NCBI RefSeq assembly: GCF_964355755.1
Contig: NC_092673.1
Location: 24,611,648 to 24,675,647, forward strand
Direction: 5' to 3'
From: Antedon mediterranea
Taxonomy: Eukaryota; Animalia; Echinodermata
Length of the DNA stretch: 64,000 nucleotides
Under the pieces are notes generated by a model, which saw only the letters and a program-made list of their open reading frames with translations, was not told the DNA's origin and searched no databases. Made by a program: the position numbers and the translations under genes. Numbering within the stretch: position 1 is the stretch's first letter; each line of letters starts with the position of its first letter. Below, in pieces: positions 25,226 through 40,115 of this stretch.

Positions 25226-27474
25226 TTAGAACATGATGTAACTGGATCATTTGTACTTTAATCCTGGCAAAGAGTATCCTTTAAAATCTTTTCATCTTTA
25301 CAATTTGCCGACATATAAAGTAATGAAACATACTTTAATCTCTGTATTTGCACTCTGTTTACAGTTTTATAGTGAATATGGCTATCGCATATACGATAAT
25401 TAAGTCAGTAGTGCCGGCCGTGTAGCACTAATTGAGTTCATATTTGAAATGTCATCCATTGTTTTGTTGTACCGGAATAGTGTTGGTGGATTTTCAAAGA
25501 AAGCACTTTTTTTCATTTCAATTCAACTCCGTTATAACAGTGTATGTTTACTTTGAATATAATCAATTGCAGCTACAGTACTGTGTACAGTATTATTTGT
25601 ACAAATTTTTGTATTTTTAAGAATTACAAAATTATGCGTCATTTTGACTTTTTATATTTCAATAAACACACTTAGGTCACTAATGAGCATTCTGATAAAT
25701 CTTGCATTACCATTTGAAATACATAAATTTACTATACCATTGAAATGTATTTAATGGAATATTTAGTTTAGTTTAGAATTTATATATATAAAGTCACCTT
25801 TCTAAGCAATCTACCTGTTGGTGGCTGGACATGTAACCAACTTGCCATTATAGGGCATTGTCTATAGGCAATGAGATATACTGTAGTTGTACAGTAGGCC
25901 TGCTACAGTATACCATCCTGAGGAGGTATTGTCTTCACAGTAGATAGCTGTAGGGTGTACTGAAACTCTAAATACAATGAGTGAAATGTTATGATAGAAA
26001 TAGACCATTAGTTTCTAGGCCCAATAGAATGTTATAATAATATTAATAATAAGAATAATATAATGTGTAATGGAATATCTTCTATATGTTTCTCCTCCAC
26101 AATTATTAATCGGCCAAGATGCATACAATTTTATTCTGTTATTCATTCTATCAATTCTCTTTCCTGTATGAGAAGTAACTTAATGTTATGTACTGTATAT
26201 AATTATGTTTATTTATATGATTTGTGTGTGCATTATTCAATGCAAGAGCCATCCAATACCAATGATTATTATGCGTTGTCAAGCTGTAAACACGTTGATA
26301 ACATTCACAGTAGAAAATATTTTGCATTATCCTTCTCTGAAAATGACTCATCTTTATAGTGAAAGACTATTATCATAAATTGCAATTTAAAAGGGAAAAA
26401 ATGTTTTTAAAACTAAAATACATTCATACGTTCATTTATTTCATCAGGACACATTGAAATACTAGAGGGTCAACTAGGGATGGCGAAGTGATGGGAACAG
26501 GGAATAATAAGAATAATTATTGTATAATTTAAGATGAAAACCACATGAGAACACATATGTTTTTTTAAATACTGTATAAATGTTACAAATTGCTATCAAA
26601 ATGTAATGTTTAAAATTGTTTTGCATACAAAAAACGTTTATAGATATATGCTCACTCTGCTGCAACGCAGACAGAGCAGTGAGTGACGTGAATAGCGTAG
26701 GCATGGCTTTAAACTGATTTGATCGGCCAATGTAACACAGCCATGCTTCTTATCGATGGTGGCTCGCATTTTGAGATGTGATTGTGTTGGAGTTGTCTCT
26801 CTAGTTGTGTAATAATAATAACTCTATGGTTTGGCCATGAGATTGTGAATGTGCAGTTTTCCACATAATCAAATATATATTGTATACAAATATCACACTA
26901 GGTTTAAGACCTTTGAACTTTTAATGCCATCTCAAGATTACGGTTTATTAATTTTCACAGCTTCTCTGCCGCCACAGTGAAATTACTAAATTGTCTCTAA
27001 CCTTGTATTTCTAATAATAATAATAATTTTCAATATATAATCAAGTATTCTGAATCGGCATTTTATGACACCTGAGCAACAATCTTTAATGAGCACCATT
27101 GCCTAATGATTCAAATTATTATGAGATCACCCATCATTTGGTAATTATGTCATCATACTGTAGTCATAGCCCGAGAGAAGAAAGTGCTGAGCAACGCATA
27201 CCCAAATTGCAGTTTTCACTAAATTCAATTTCAACTTAAATTAAGGTAAAGCTGTCTTGCTATATGAAGAAGTTACATAATGTGAGTTTGATTATTAAAC
27301 TACAATGAATAATTTGATAATTATTGATTATTATTCACCAAAATTGATTTATATTACATTCAATATTAAAATTATAATGAATTTTTGTTATATTATAAGA
27401 TTTTTTTGGATATAGATAAATCCTTGTCACAGGACGGCAGTAATCTTGATTGATAAACACGATTACAGTATCTA

Positions 27475-27980
27475 TCCTGTATGTGTTTTTATTTTCAATT
27501 TATAGGTACTTTTAAATATTTTATATAGTTTTACAGTATCTGTAGAATAACTACTGTTATTTTTAGAGTATGCTTTAAGAAATAAATGAATGAATCAATT
27601 TTACATTAGGAGATTGCATCTCTGTATGATTGTTTTCAATTTCAATTTATAGGTAATACAGTATTTCAAATATTTAATATAATTTTTTAAATGGTATAGG
27701 TTGCTACTGTAGAATAACTGACTGTATAGTATACAGTATTATGTATGCATAAAGAAAGAAATGAATGAATTTAACATTAGGAGATTCTATCTCTCTATGA
27801 TTGTTTTCAATCTATACTAGGTAGTGCAGTTTTTTAAATATTTAATATAATTTTTAAAATATTAGAGTGTTATAGGTTGCTACTGTAGAATAGCTGTAGA
27901 ATGCTGTGTACAGTAGTATATGTATATGCATAAAGAAAGAAATGAATGAATGAATTTTACATTAGGAGATTCCATCTCTG
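27475..27980. repeat. Three diverged tandem copies of a unit of about 150-190 bp
   Basis: Recurring AAAGAAATGAATGAAT...ACATTAGGAGATT and TTTCAATTTATAGGTA blocks. Confidence 0.8.
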
Positions 27981-28454
27981 TGGAATTAAATCATATGGGT
28001 ATCCTCTGTGTTGTTATAATGAGCTTTCTGTGTCGTATCAATTCCTTGAAACTAATTATAAAACTGTTTCAAATGTTGGTAAACCGTTGAAATACTAGTA
28101 ATTCTCTGTATTTTCTTGTAGAATTTATTATTAGAGAGCTTTTGATGTACAACAAGGAATGACATAGGTTCAAGTAATGTCAGTTCATTGTGCGCATGAA
28201 AGAAGTTAGGACATGCTTCCTCTCATAGTTTTAGGTGTTATTACCTACAGTATGTCCAAGCCATGACCAACGCCACATCATTGCGTAGGTTCTGGATCTC
28301 CGAAAAATCTTTACTGTATTATTATAAAACATTTATATTACAATGGAAAGATTCAGATTTATTTGGTCCTTTTCAGTTCGATTTTTTTTTTTTTTTTGCA
28401 GAAATTCATGACAGGATTTCAGTTCGATTTTTAGCTGCCAGGCAGCGATATTTC

Positions 28455-28772
28455 TTTTCGTACATAAGTTGGGGACCCCTCGTGAAACGTCACAAAATAA
28501 ACATGAATATTCATTAGTCATATATCCATAAGGTCTGACGTAAGAATTGAGCTGACTACAATTCGCTAATGCAAACGATTTCTGTCGAGCCGTCTGTGTA
28601 GTCGAGTGGATACGATCATGGAGTTTACATGTCGATGTATGGGGTTCGAATCACATGAGCTACTTCTTTTACTTTATAGTGAGAGAGAGATTATTTAGAG
28701 GGTTAGATTTAGTTATATTTAGGAAGTAGTTCGGCTATCTTTCACATGGGGTCCCCAACTTATGTACGAAAA
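28455..28772. mobile_element. Inverted-repeat element enclosing a tRNA-like Pol III promoter
   Basis: 33-bp inverted repeat TTTTCGTACATAAGTTGGGGACCCC.. with 2 mismatches; internal A box TAGTCGAGTGG (about 28599) and B box GGTTCGAATC (28643). Confidence 0.6.
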
Positions 28773-29304
28773 AAAAAATTGAAACATGCACTAACAAATT
28801 ACAAAATTACCAATAAAAAACCTTACATTAAAATTTCAACCAAGCTGTTGAAGTACTTTAAATTAATAATAATAATTTGAATAAAATAATTGAAGTAGAT
28901 TCTCTTTTTATTGACCCTGAGAAAAGAAAGTGAGGTAAAAAATTGACACTTATGTTTGCTACTGACTGTCGCATATGTTCATCATATGAGATCAGTTTTA
29001 ATCTGTTTAATTGAAAATCCTTCATATATGCTTTTTCTTGTGTATGTAGTTGTACTAGTGATCCATTCAAATAAAAATTTGTAATGCGACCCAGAAATTA
29101 TATATTCAGTTTGTTATTTTGCTCTGCCTCTGTAACTATTCAGTATACTGTGTAACAGTGCTATGTTACATTATACAGTTACTAGTACAGTATAATGTAA
29201 ATAACCAAGTATGTATATTTAAATAAGAAAAAGGCATTTAATTTTACATTGGCAAAAAGGTCACACAAATAGGAGTGTAATAATTAAGAAATAACAGGTC
29301 CTTG

Positions 29305-29515
29305 GTAGTCTATTATGTGACTAGCTTACCTGGATGAACCGACATAGGCCTTTCCCCCTTCAAGGGGAGAACATAACCAAAAAGTAAAATTTTATTCCTG
29401 AACTCTCCTCTAAGAAAGTGGTATCGCCCATGAGCCACACCCGCAGGTGGGCGGTAACGCCCCTGCATACCTCACCATTTATTTTTTAGATGTTGAAACG
29501 TATACATGTTTCGAC
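29305..29515 (+). repeat. Dispersed repeat of about 210 bp, copy 1 (unclassified)
   Basis: Highly similar to 36225-36425 (TAGTCTATTA.GTGACTAGCTTACCTGGATGAACCGACATAGGCC...). Confidence 0.8.
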
Positions 29516-32500
29516 TAGAGAGAGAGAGAGAGAACAATAGAACCTATTGTATCTAGTAAAGTAAATTGTGCTATACTGAGAGCCTGGCCGTTTGATTGAA
29601 TGTATTAAAAGATCTGTTGTGTGAGCAGCTACTGCTAGGAGAATAAAAGTGACGCTACTCACGCTAAACTTATCACCACTATTGGTTTATGTATTTTAAG
29701 AGATGATAGTGACCTTTTTTTCTCAGGCCATGCGACTACTAGTGGGACGGAATGTCAGGAAAACGAAAGGATATTTAATTCTTAAGAAAAAGTTGCTGAT
29801 TGGATGCAACAAATTGAGAAAAAAACAAAAACGTTTCCCTACCTCATATTACCTTTTATAATGAGGCAGAGCTGGATACAGACATTGTAATTTGTAATGT
29901 TGTAATTATATTCTTGGCATTATTTAGTGAGTTTAGCTATTTTTTCCCAATATTCTTCATATAAATTTAATGCCAATAAAATGAATATATTGCAATTTTT
30001 CTTTCCCTTGCCCACTCCAATATCATGAATTATTTCAAGTTTCTACGGAGTTAACAAACTATACTTTAGTATATTGCGCAACAATTGTTGATCATATGAT
30101 AGTAGTCATTTCTATGTGCGCTCTTCTGTTTCTGATGGCGCGTCTCTTTAAACAAGTTGTATAGGTCCAGAAGACACATTGTTGTTTTCGTTTTTGTAAT
30201 TGCAATTTCTTTCCTTTTTAAAATTCAAATAACAGATAAAACCCTTGACTGATTTCTCATTAGATATGGGATTATAAACAATAAGTCTAAGATAACCTAT
30301 CTGCACTCTATTTGCTTGCTGTGTAATTAATCTTATTTATTATACAGATAGTACATGTATATCCGTATTGATTCCAATGCAGGAAAACAGGCTTCATTAA
30401 TATGTTACTCTACCTAACCTTTTAATGAATGCCTATTTTATAAACTGACATTTAAAACATCATAAAAAAAATAATAGTCATACAATTTGGATTACACCAT
30501 AGTTAATTATTTATTTGGTTGTTTTATGAACGGAAGCAATCAATTGTGTCTATTTGTATAGTATTTCAGCCATTGTTCACAATTACCACCCCTCTGTGTG
30601 TAATGGAATGTTCTATGAATTTCATACCACCTGTTGCATGGGAGTATAATAGGCCTTCACACCTGAGGAGTTCAATTTTGACAGAAATATTCACAGGGTA
30701 TCAGTGTCACTTGGTTGGGATTTATCGACGGTGACGAGGATGATATTCTGAGGATGAGATTTGTTGAGTTTCTCCTTGTTTTCGGTGCACTTTTTGGAGT
30801 TCTTTTTCTTCCATCTGGTAGCATCGACCCACCAGCTGACAGTGATAAGAGTAAGTTTACATTCATGGTATCGTAATCGATGGAATTGTGTTTATATGCT
30901 GGATTGTAGACTAGTGCTGGTGTATTCACTTCTTGTTCATTAGTATTGATCTATGTAGGATAATGAAAACCAATGTGGCATGACAGGAAAAATCTTTTTC
31001 AAAAGTGCCCAAATGGTTCAAAATGTCAAATGGTATTTTCCAATCACTATTCATTTCCAATGTGTGTATAGCTTTACTTGGAAAAGGAAATATTAGCAAT
31101 AAATTTATCCAAGAAGAAGAGATACTGTAAAACATGAAGTATACAATTGCTTTGTTCTTGATGATGACGTAAAGGGTTGTTTCAAATTTGGTGATGGTGT
31201 TGTACTGCACAAACTGTTTTCAATGAATTTGACATACTTTTAGCTTTATGGTGGACATCACTTTTGCATGTCAACTATTATTGAGAAGTGGAAAATTCTG
31301 CTGCCACTTTCTATCCAGTCCACTGTAGTTTTATTTAAACAACTTGCAATAAACCCACAGTAGATGAATATATGTTTTTAGGCTTGTAAATTCCATAACC
31401 CTTTTAACATATTTTCTTTAGAAATAAAATAGAGCATAGCACACAATACATACTTGCTACTGTATTCTACTGGTGTAAAATTATTATTAGTAAATGTATT
31501 ATTATTATATAAATAATACTGTAATGGGATTAGCACAAAAGATGCTTTTAACTCTCTCCAACCCACTGACTGATGACGCCAAGATATAATGTATAAGCCA
31601 GAATTTTACGTTGACATTTCGCTTCATGCTCATTAAGAAATATTTTTTCTTTTTGTTGTTTGTGCTTTACCAGTTCATAATTTATTAATATTAACCATTG
31701 ATATGCCCACCTAGATTGTAACAACAGTATACCAAGTTAAGGGTCTTTAACACCAGTTCAGGTTTGTGTCAGATTATGTGTACAGTACTGTATATTATCA
31801 ACTTTTCATTTTCCATGATACGCCATCCAGCTAGCGCATATCAAGAAAAGAGATTGGCGCATAGCTGCTAGAGCGTATAGAAATGTGTGAAAGACGCCTT
31901 AGTTTCAACTCACATGCATAAGAAAATGTGTGGAAAATAGCGGTTAGTGATTGCCAAAGGCTGTGACTATTTTTAAGAAAAGCTTTGTGTCCTTTTCCAA
32001 GAGAATTTTTAAAATCATTTTATACTTTTTCATAAAACGAGTTAAACCCCCGCAATGTTATCTTTCAAACAATTTATTACAGAATAACACAAACTGCATA
32101 CTGTGCTTGTTTGAGTTAAGAATACAATGTGTTGTTCAAATGCATTAGTACAGATAATCTCAGTTCAAATATTCACCCACTCAAAAAGCTAATTTTACCA
32201 CCAAACCTTTGTTGGTACAATTTGGGACTATAATATAATAATAATCCTAGGTATTAACAGTACATTACATAATACACCTGTATTAAACTTACCTCCATTT
32301 TAACAAGTACTGTATATAGTGTAAATTTTAGATAGCTTATGTTTAAGATTTTAAAATCCAGTACAAAAATTCTATAATTTAGATGGTATATGACCCGAGT
32401 ATAATCAGGGAGATGTACTCCCTGGTATAATATTCCTACGGTCCTGGGTACAAAATTTGATGAAAATGTAGTGGGTGGGATTAATTATATTCGGATTTAC

Positions 32501-33664
32501 CAGTCTTTGTCCATATTTAGCCTATTATGGTGAGATTATGCTTAAGATCAACCAACGAAACATTTATGTTTAGGTCCATTCATTGGTGGGGTGAAATTGA
32601 AAGCTCAATAATAATATAATTATATTTAATTTTTGATTACTGAACTAAGGTGGGCTACACAAGTTATTATATTTTTTAAAATCTTAAATCATGTCACTCT
32701 ATTAACTATTTTCATACTTCATGTGTTGTTTCATGAATACTGTACGTACAGTATATTGTGTAATGTATTTCCCTTCCCATCACTGAACTATAATGTGGGC
32801 TTGTACAGTAATATATATTGTTTTTTAAAATCTAAAATGTTACTCTATTAACTGTTTGCATAATTCATGTGTTGTTTTATGAATACTGCTATAATGTATA
32901 CCTTTTGTGGGCCCCACTATTCAAGCTGATACAAACTAACTACTACGCAATATGTTACAGCAATAAAAATATCAATAGCAATCATTATTATTATGCCTAA
33001 GACAAAAATGATAAATGGTAAAAATTAATATCCCTGTATGATACTGTGATTTCTACATCGTCATTCATTCTTTAAACACGAATTTATTTTTAGAAAGCGT
33101 TTAAAGATTCTTTGATATTTGTTACTTATGATTCATTAGGTTGTTGTTTAATAATAATAGTTCATTCTTATATAGCGCATATAAAGCAAGCTCTCAATGA
33201 GCTGCACATTATTACCCCGGTCATTTTTTGGGATCGAACACATATTGAAATATACTCCTATAGTACAGCTACAGTTATAGTAATCAGCGCAAAGTTGTGT
33301 CTTGATCTTATAGATTTTCTTTTTTTCTTTAAATTGCGTTCATTTTAGGTTGTATTTAATTTATTATGCGCTTTCCGCAAAAAATAAAAAATAAAACGGC
33401 ATTCAGTGTTTAAATGCTATGATTTTGAGATTGCTATTATCCTACTGGGAAAGGATAGAATTGCATCTAAATTAAAGCATTTTTGTATCAAAATTGTATT
33501 TTTTAATGGATTGGAATATGTGATTGAAGACCTTAATCATTAAAGGTACTTGTGGGATACGGTACCTGGGTACAAAACGCTAGCTTTATGATTATTTCTC
33601 GCTAGCTTTATGATTATTTCTCTTGGTCCCAAGATTCTGCAAATGCAATTCAATATAAGTTTCA

Positions 33665-34210
33665 ACTCTACAAATTTCTTTTATGAAAAAGATAATTTTG
33701 TATACTTGCCCACCAGTATTGAGTAAAAGGGTCTATTTTATATTCTGTGGTATATTTATATGGCATAATTATTAATCTACTGTATCATGAAAAATGGACA
33801 TTGAAAACATATAGTTGGTAGTGGCACTTTTAAGCTAGTCAAATTAAGCAAGTTGCCAACGATTTGAACACTGTCTACAATTCCCTTTGAGTTAAATTAG
33901 CCAAGACCAACTGGTTAATTCTACCAACCACTGCAGAACTTACCATGGTCTTGGTAAATCTAACCATGCTGGCTAAACATTAGTGTAATCCGAATTTGTT
34001 GGTTTTGTCATGCTCCACAAGCTTCTTTATGAGAAAGAGGATCTCATATACTGGCTAACCAGTATTGAGTAAAAGAGTATATTTTACATTCTGTTAAACT
34101 GACATTTAGGTGGCATAATTATCAATGTGGTCGACTACTACTGTATGTGATCAACAACTATATCATAAAAAATGGACTTTTAAAACCTAGAGTTGATAGT
34201 AGCACTGGTT
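33665..34210. repeat. Diverged local duplication of about 180 bp (33665-33830 and 34020-34210)
   Basis: Shared CCAGTATTGAGTAAAAG, TGGCATAATTAT and AAAAATGGAC blocks. Confidence 0.65.
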
Positions 34211-35082
34211 AGTAAATATATGAAACGACTCGTGAGAAAATCCCAATAGAGTTTCTTATTTTACACAATTTGGTGAACAGGAAAAATATTATTAATGTGA
34301 CATTTATATGACTAGAAATATGGAAAACGAATTGCATTATTTGGCTAATTTTAGAAAAGAGGATGATAAAGCTGTTGAATATTCATGAGGTTGTCTGCAA
34401 TACCATTATTAAAAGTCTGCCTGTAGGGAAGAGCTAATTTGCATACTAATGTTTTGCCATTATGAATGTCTTTTTGTTTAGTTTCAGAAAAGAAACTTTG
34501 ATTTTTTAATTATGATCTAGTTATTTTAATAGTTGTTGAGCTGTGAAGAAAGGAAGCTCAGTGGTTCAGGAGATATTTAAAAATGCACTGTATGGAAAGA
34601 CATTATTTTTGTTATGTACTTGATCTGGCAATAAATAAGCATGTCTTTAAACTATAGAATTAATACACATGAGTATAGTTGTAATAGGGAGATGTAAATG
34701 ATAATAATATAAATCTATAGTAATTAATAGTATTTAGAGGAACAAACATTTAATTAATTTGTATTTTATGCGAATGAATTATTTCTTATAAATTTTAATG
34801 GATCTTGCAGTTTAGATAATATATATCTTTAAATCATTAAAAATAAAATGCTAGCCTATTAAATAATAAATCCTATACATGTTGTGATGAACTATCAAAA
34901 GTACAAGTGCTGTAAGTAATTACACTAATGTAGTAACATTGATTCAAATGAAATAGATATGACATATGATTTTATTAAATATGTAAGAAAGCGATGTCCT
35001 GATGGAATTAATACTATGTATATTGACTTTTTGAACCAGAGATGCACACATATTTTATGATAGATTGGGTGCCAAAACTTAA

Positions 35083-35222
35083 AACTCTGTATACACTATC
35101 AAACTAGTTTGACAAAAAATGTGTGATATGCCTAAATATGGTAGTGATATGACATCATCATGTCCATATATGGGTACATCACATGTTTTTGTCACATTAA
35201 GTTTGATAGTGTAGATAGAGCT
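35083..35222 (+). mobile_element. MITE family A copy with TAA TSD
   Basis: Both TIRs present; TAA on each side. Confidence 0.85.
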
Positions 35223-35293
35223 TAAGGTTCGGTTGACTTAAATCATACTAGGTGTGGGTTTTTGGCAATATTTGTTTTTTCGGTTCCTAATAA

Positions 35294-35437
35294 AGCTCTG
35301 TCTACACCATCAAACTTTATGTGACAGAAAAAACATGATGTATTCATATACTGTAAAGACATGATGATGTCATATCACTACCATATTTGGGCATATCACT
35401 ACCATATTTGGGCCCATCACACTTTTTTTTGTCAAAC
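35294..35437 (-). mobile_element. MITE family A copy, reverse orientation, one end truncated
   Basis: Starts TAA-AGCTCTGTCTACACC; internal sequence is the reverse complement of the 25065 copy. Confidence 0.8.
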
Positions 35438-36224
35438 GAATGTTGCATTCTGGGGCAATTTGAGTAATATGCACTTTTGAAAAATAAACACTTTGACATA
35501 ATATAAACCCGACTGAAATATTTTGACCAATCACAACACGATGGATCATATGGTAGCTTTAAATTTGGCACCACTATTTTATTATTATGTATTTAAATTT
35601 CAATAAATGCACATTTAGACCGTCAGTTATACAAATGTTAATTCAACATATTGCTATAAATATGTAGAGAGTACTCGAGTGACATTTAAACAAAGCTACC
35701 ATATGTATGTTGTCACCCTACATTAGGCTATTAATATTAAACATATTAAATGCTGACGCTTTCTAAACGCAACCAGATACCATATGTTAATGATGATCCG
35801 ACCTCATTTTTTCATTGACGTAAAAATAGGGGTAAAATGAGGTATTCAGGAATGAATTCAAATATATACCAATTATAATCATCATCAAGTTTCATAGAAT
35901 AATCAATAAATAATGAATACACTGCACTCTATCAGACATGCAAATAAAATGTATCGTTATGATGAAAAAGCTAGATCTAGCTATATTTTGAAGTACCCAT
36001 TGAGGTTTTTTAGTATAAATGATAGTCAATTTTAAATGAAAGTAGGTTAACATATGGTAACTGTAAAAAAACAACTATTTCTTTAACTAGTTATTAAGTG
36101 ATTAAGTAAAAGGATTTCAATATGGTGTGAGTACTACAATAGAGTATGGCATGCTAAAACAATCCTAAAACTATTGATTGATTGAAATAAGTTGGGGATA
36201 TTAGGCCATACTGTGCACTTTGTT

Positions 36225-36425
36225 TAGTCTATTACGTGACTAGCTTACCTGGATGAACCGACATAGGCCTTTTCCCCTTCAAGGGGGAGAACATTTAAAC
36301 CGAAACGTAAAATTTTATTCATGAACTCCCCTCCAGTGGTATCGCCCATGCGCCACGCCCTCAGGTGGGTGGCAATGCCCATGCATTTTCTTTTTGAGAC
36401 GTCGAAACGTATACATGTTCTTCTC
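36225..36425 (+). repeat. Dispersed repeat of about 210 bp, copy 2
   Basis: Same sequence family as 29305-29515. Confidence 0.8.
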
Positions 36426-39400
36426 GGAGAGAATAGTCCAATGTCAGTTTATCCAGATATAATAAATAATAAATAATATAATAAACCGTACTCTCAGATA
36501 AACTACGATATGTAACAAGGTTTTTTTCATATCATTTTAAAATGATGCATAACTATACAATATATTTATATATGTTAGTATCATACTTTGACGTTGATGT
36601 GTAATTATCTAACGCAATGCGCTTTATGACATGCTATGCTCGATCAGCCATTAGTTGAGTGACATTTAACTACAAATTTGTTTATTATTATAACATTGTA
36701 ACATGATGTAACCAAACAACTGCTGCCGTAGTCAATTATCTGCCTTTTCACTGCTCATCTGTGACCGTTTTAAGTCATTTAAGACATATGTTTTCGGGAA
36801 TAATATTTATGGAGAAACCGGAACAACTGCCGTCAAAGCAGTTATGTAAAGCGTATGCCACTTTCCAACCTTCAGGCCGGTTGTTTGGATCTTGCGCAAC
36901 CAAGTTTTTGGTACGCTATGACTTTAACCACAATTCAAGGTTTATTAATATAACAACAAATTGTCAACTATTTGTGTAAGAATTAATAAGCTAAAAAGAC
37001 TTCATTTCATAAAATAGTAAAGTTGTTGGTGCAAGGGGTTACATTGGTTTGTTGGCTTACACAATGAACCTTCATGTGAAAACCGCACTTGTGTATTGCC
37101 CATGGTACCTGTCATGCTCTGTTTGAACAGCTGCGTAAATGTCATATCTGTATTGTTTGGTCAGTTTTTAGCTACAGTACTCTTCACAATGAGCCTGGAT
37201 TTCCCGTCTTGAGGCCAATAAGAAAATTGTGGAAAAAAGGTGTAGTGTTTAAGAATTGAATCATTCACACTAACTCGTTCAGCATTCCGTACAAAACTTA
37301 TGCGTGTGATCGAAAAATGTAACATAGCTTTGAGTTTTCTTCAGGCATCAAACCGAATCCGGGCTTAGTGTGGACATGACTTTAAATCTAATTTCTTAAC
37401 TTCACATAAACTCCACATCAGGAGACATGGTAATCAATAAAGCAAATGAATTAAAGTGAATGTCCTCTCTACAGTATTCCAGGATTGTAATGTAGTTTAA
37501 TAAATGACGTTTAAACTTATTGATGTGTAATTCTCCATTAAATCTACTTACTTTGCTCTGAATACATACATCATGTTTGTAGTCGCAATACCATTTAAAA
37601 GATTGCTCTTTTTCACTGAAATAATAACATATTCAATGTGAAAGGAAAGAAGATTAAAATTCAATTTACAAAAATGTTTTTCGAAATGTCCTCAAATTGC
37701 TAATTTAATTTAGTTTGTAAATTTCAGAGCCTTATAAAAATTAACATAACTTCAAACAAATTCAAAAACCTTAAATTTTCAGTCCAGCCCATCTGTCATC
37801 ATTTTAATATGAAGTAAATCCCTCTGGAAACCTTTACAGTTTATCCTACATTACTATCTGGTTTTTGCATGTTTCTTCATTGTTTCTATATGTTGTTTAA
37901 TGACTTTTGTCAAATAAAATCAAATTTTAGTTATATTTAATATTCATAGTCATTCCTGATATTTCAGGTATTATATACTATACTACAGACAAAAACTATT
38001 TTTGTTATTCTGTCTACTTCGATGAATATTTTAGCGTTATGCACTAGCGCTAAAAATAACTTGCAGTTGCCATATTGCAGCAACTGAATATCGTGGTTTG
38101 AATTGGATTGCGTATCAAATGAGAAATTAACAGTATTTCAGTGCATGCTATAAAGGCATGTTAACATCATTAGTTTTCATGGTTGCCTCTACAATATGTA
38201 AACATAATGTAATTATTATAATAATATTTTAAATTTAGATATGTCCCCCAATGATAAATTACTTACAGTATAAATATGAGTATATACTGATGTGCATTAA
38301 ACTTTCAATGTCTTGTCTATTTCATGTCTGTACCTGGAAATTCCGACAATAGCCCTAAATAATTCCTAGAAACATATAGACCATTTTATGCACACTATTT
38401 TATGCACACACTTATGGTACACTGTGATAGAATTCCATAACTTGAGTCTGCGGTTCGTGGATTATACCATTTGTACAAAAAGTAGTATATATAAAAGGAT
38501 TTAAAAAAAAATTCTAGTTGTATTTAGGTAAGCCAAAGCATACCGCAGTACCAACTGTTTGTTTTTTTTTAGCCTTTTTTTATCTGCTTTAGATTATACA
38601 TCTATCTACATATACAAAACTATCTTTGTCTACCATGTTTTTCTTTTTGTACTGCTTAATGTGAGCATATTTTATTTCACTACTATTATGTTTATCCAGT
38701 TTTATCAAGAACTAAATAGATTGATTGAAGAGTTGGTGTTTCCGTTATCTAGGCTAACTCAATTTGCACCCACACAACCTTTATGTCAACACAGCACACT
38801 AAGTCAATTGTCCGTCAGTGCCGTGTATTCGGTGAGCACTGGTATAAGTAATCAGGGAGCTTACGTGTGAAAGTTACTAGTTGAATTGTCTATATTCACT
38901 GCATGGTTAATTCACCTGTAGGTTGATGGAAATGACCTTTTAAATTATCGTTACAGGTTTCCACTTGTAGGCTTTATTGCTTGCTTTAAGTGCAATTGCC
39001 TCCTTACTGCCAGCGTGAGAAAAACGACAGTTTTAATATTAAACACCTTTTTTCGTTGATTGTCTCTTTTATTTTGGTAATTAGGTAGTTAATTATTCAT
39101 TTGGCAAGTAAATTAAAATGGTAGTTGATTTTATTTAAGTTTATCGATTATTTTCCTTTTGGAAATTTAATAAAAAATGCTGTTTTGATTCGAAGTGCGA
39201 AAACTATCTACTGTACTGCCATATAGATTGTTTTTTACTGATAATATTTGTCTTTGTTGGTGAACAAGTTTTAAAAAAATTAACTGTGTTAGGAAGAGTA
39301 GCTAGGGTCATCTCTGGGTGTTCTGATCATGTTAGGTGCTGCTGTGTGTCCCTAATCCAAATTTCCTTGAACAATAATAATTTTATTTTTTTTCAAAAAC

Positions 39401-39789
39401 GAAAATCAGTTATTACTAAGGTTAAAGATCGATTAATCCGGTCATAACTGATCCCTAATGTATACTTTTAAAATCAATCTATTAATGGAATATTTTCAAT
39501 CAATATATTTTTTCTCTATGGAATGATATTTAAAAGGTTTTTTTTTTGTTTTAAAGGTTACATTTTGTGTTACTGACGTTCAAGTAACCTGTATCTGAGA
39601 AAAATATATGACATAGATTTCAAAATTTGTTTATTGTGGTATCAGTGTGTTGTACTGTAAATTGTGTTTTTTGATAGACATTTCAACATTGATTGGTTGC
39701 CTCTATAATAATAAATGAAAACTTGTATAGCGTTGGTGTCCCCCACCCATGTGGAGCTCATGTCGCTTTTTGCATTAGCAACATGCGAG

Positions 39790-40115
39790 TACATCAGCAA
39801 AGATCTCTGACCCCACTGATTTTTGGCTCTACGCTCTTGAAGAAGGTTTTTGTGACAATGATTGTAGGCCTCTGCGGGATGATTCTTAACAATCCACAAG
39901 GTCAGATACAAGTAAGCTGGAGCGCTGTCATTAAGAATTTTAAAAACGAATAACGCCAGTTTATACTTAATACGTTGTTGAACAAATCCAACTGGAGTCA
40001 GCATTAGATTTTGTGTATTCACAAGTCTAGCTGCCATATTTTGTTAGTGCAGCAAATGTTGTATTTGAGATTTTGGTACGCCATACAACAAGCCATTACC
40101 AATGTCAATTTTCTA
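39790..40115 (-). mobile_element. L2/CR1-group LINE ORF2 C-terminal remnant
   Basis: IDIGNGLLYGVPKSQIQ..QNMAARLV...QQRIKYKLALFVFKILNDSAPAYL...WGQRS, typical L2 post-RT motifs, with stops and frameshifts. Confidence 0.8.

Noticed and set aside
28592-28665. Functional tRNA gene
   Set aside because: A and B boxes are present, but the acceptor and anticodon stems do not pair convincingly.
29320-29340. U1 snRNA 5' end (CTTACCTGG), also at 36244
   Set aside because: Only 9 nt match and no U1 body follows; it is part of a dispersed repeat.
30590-31330. Cluster of short minus-strand ORFs suggesting a decayed TE or nested gene
   Set aside because: No recognisable motif could be assigned; BLASTX would be needed.
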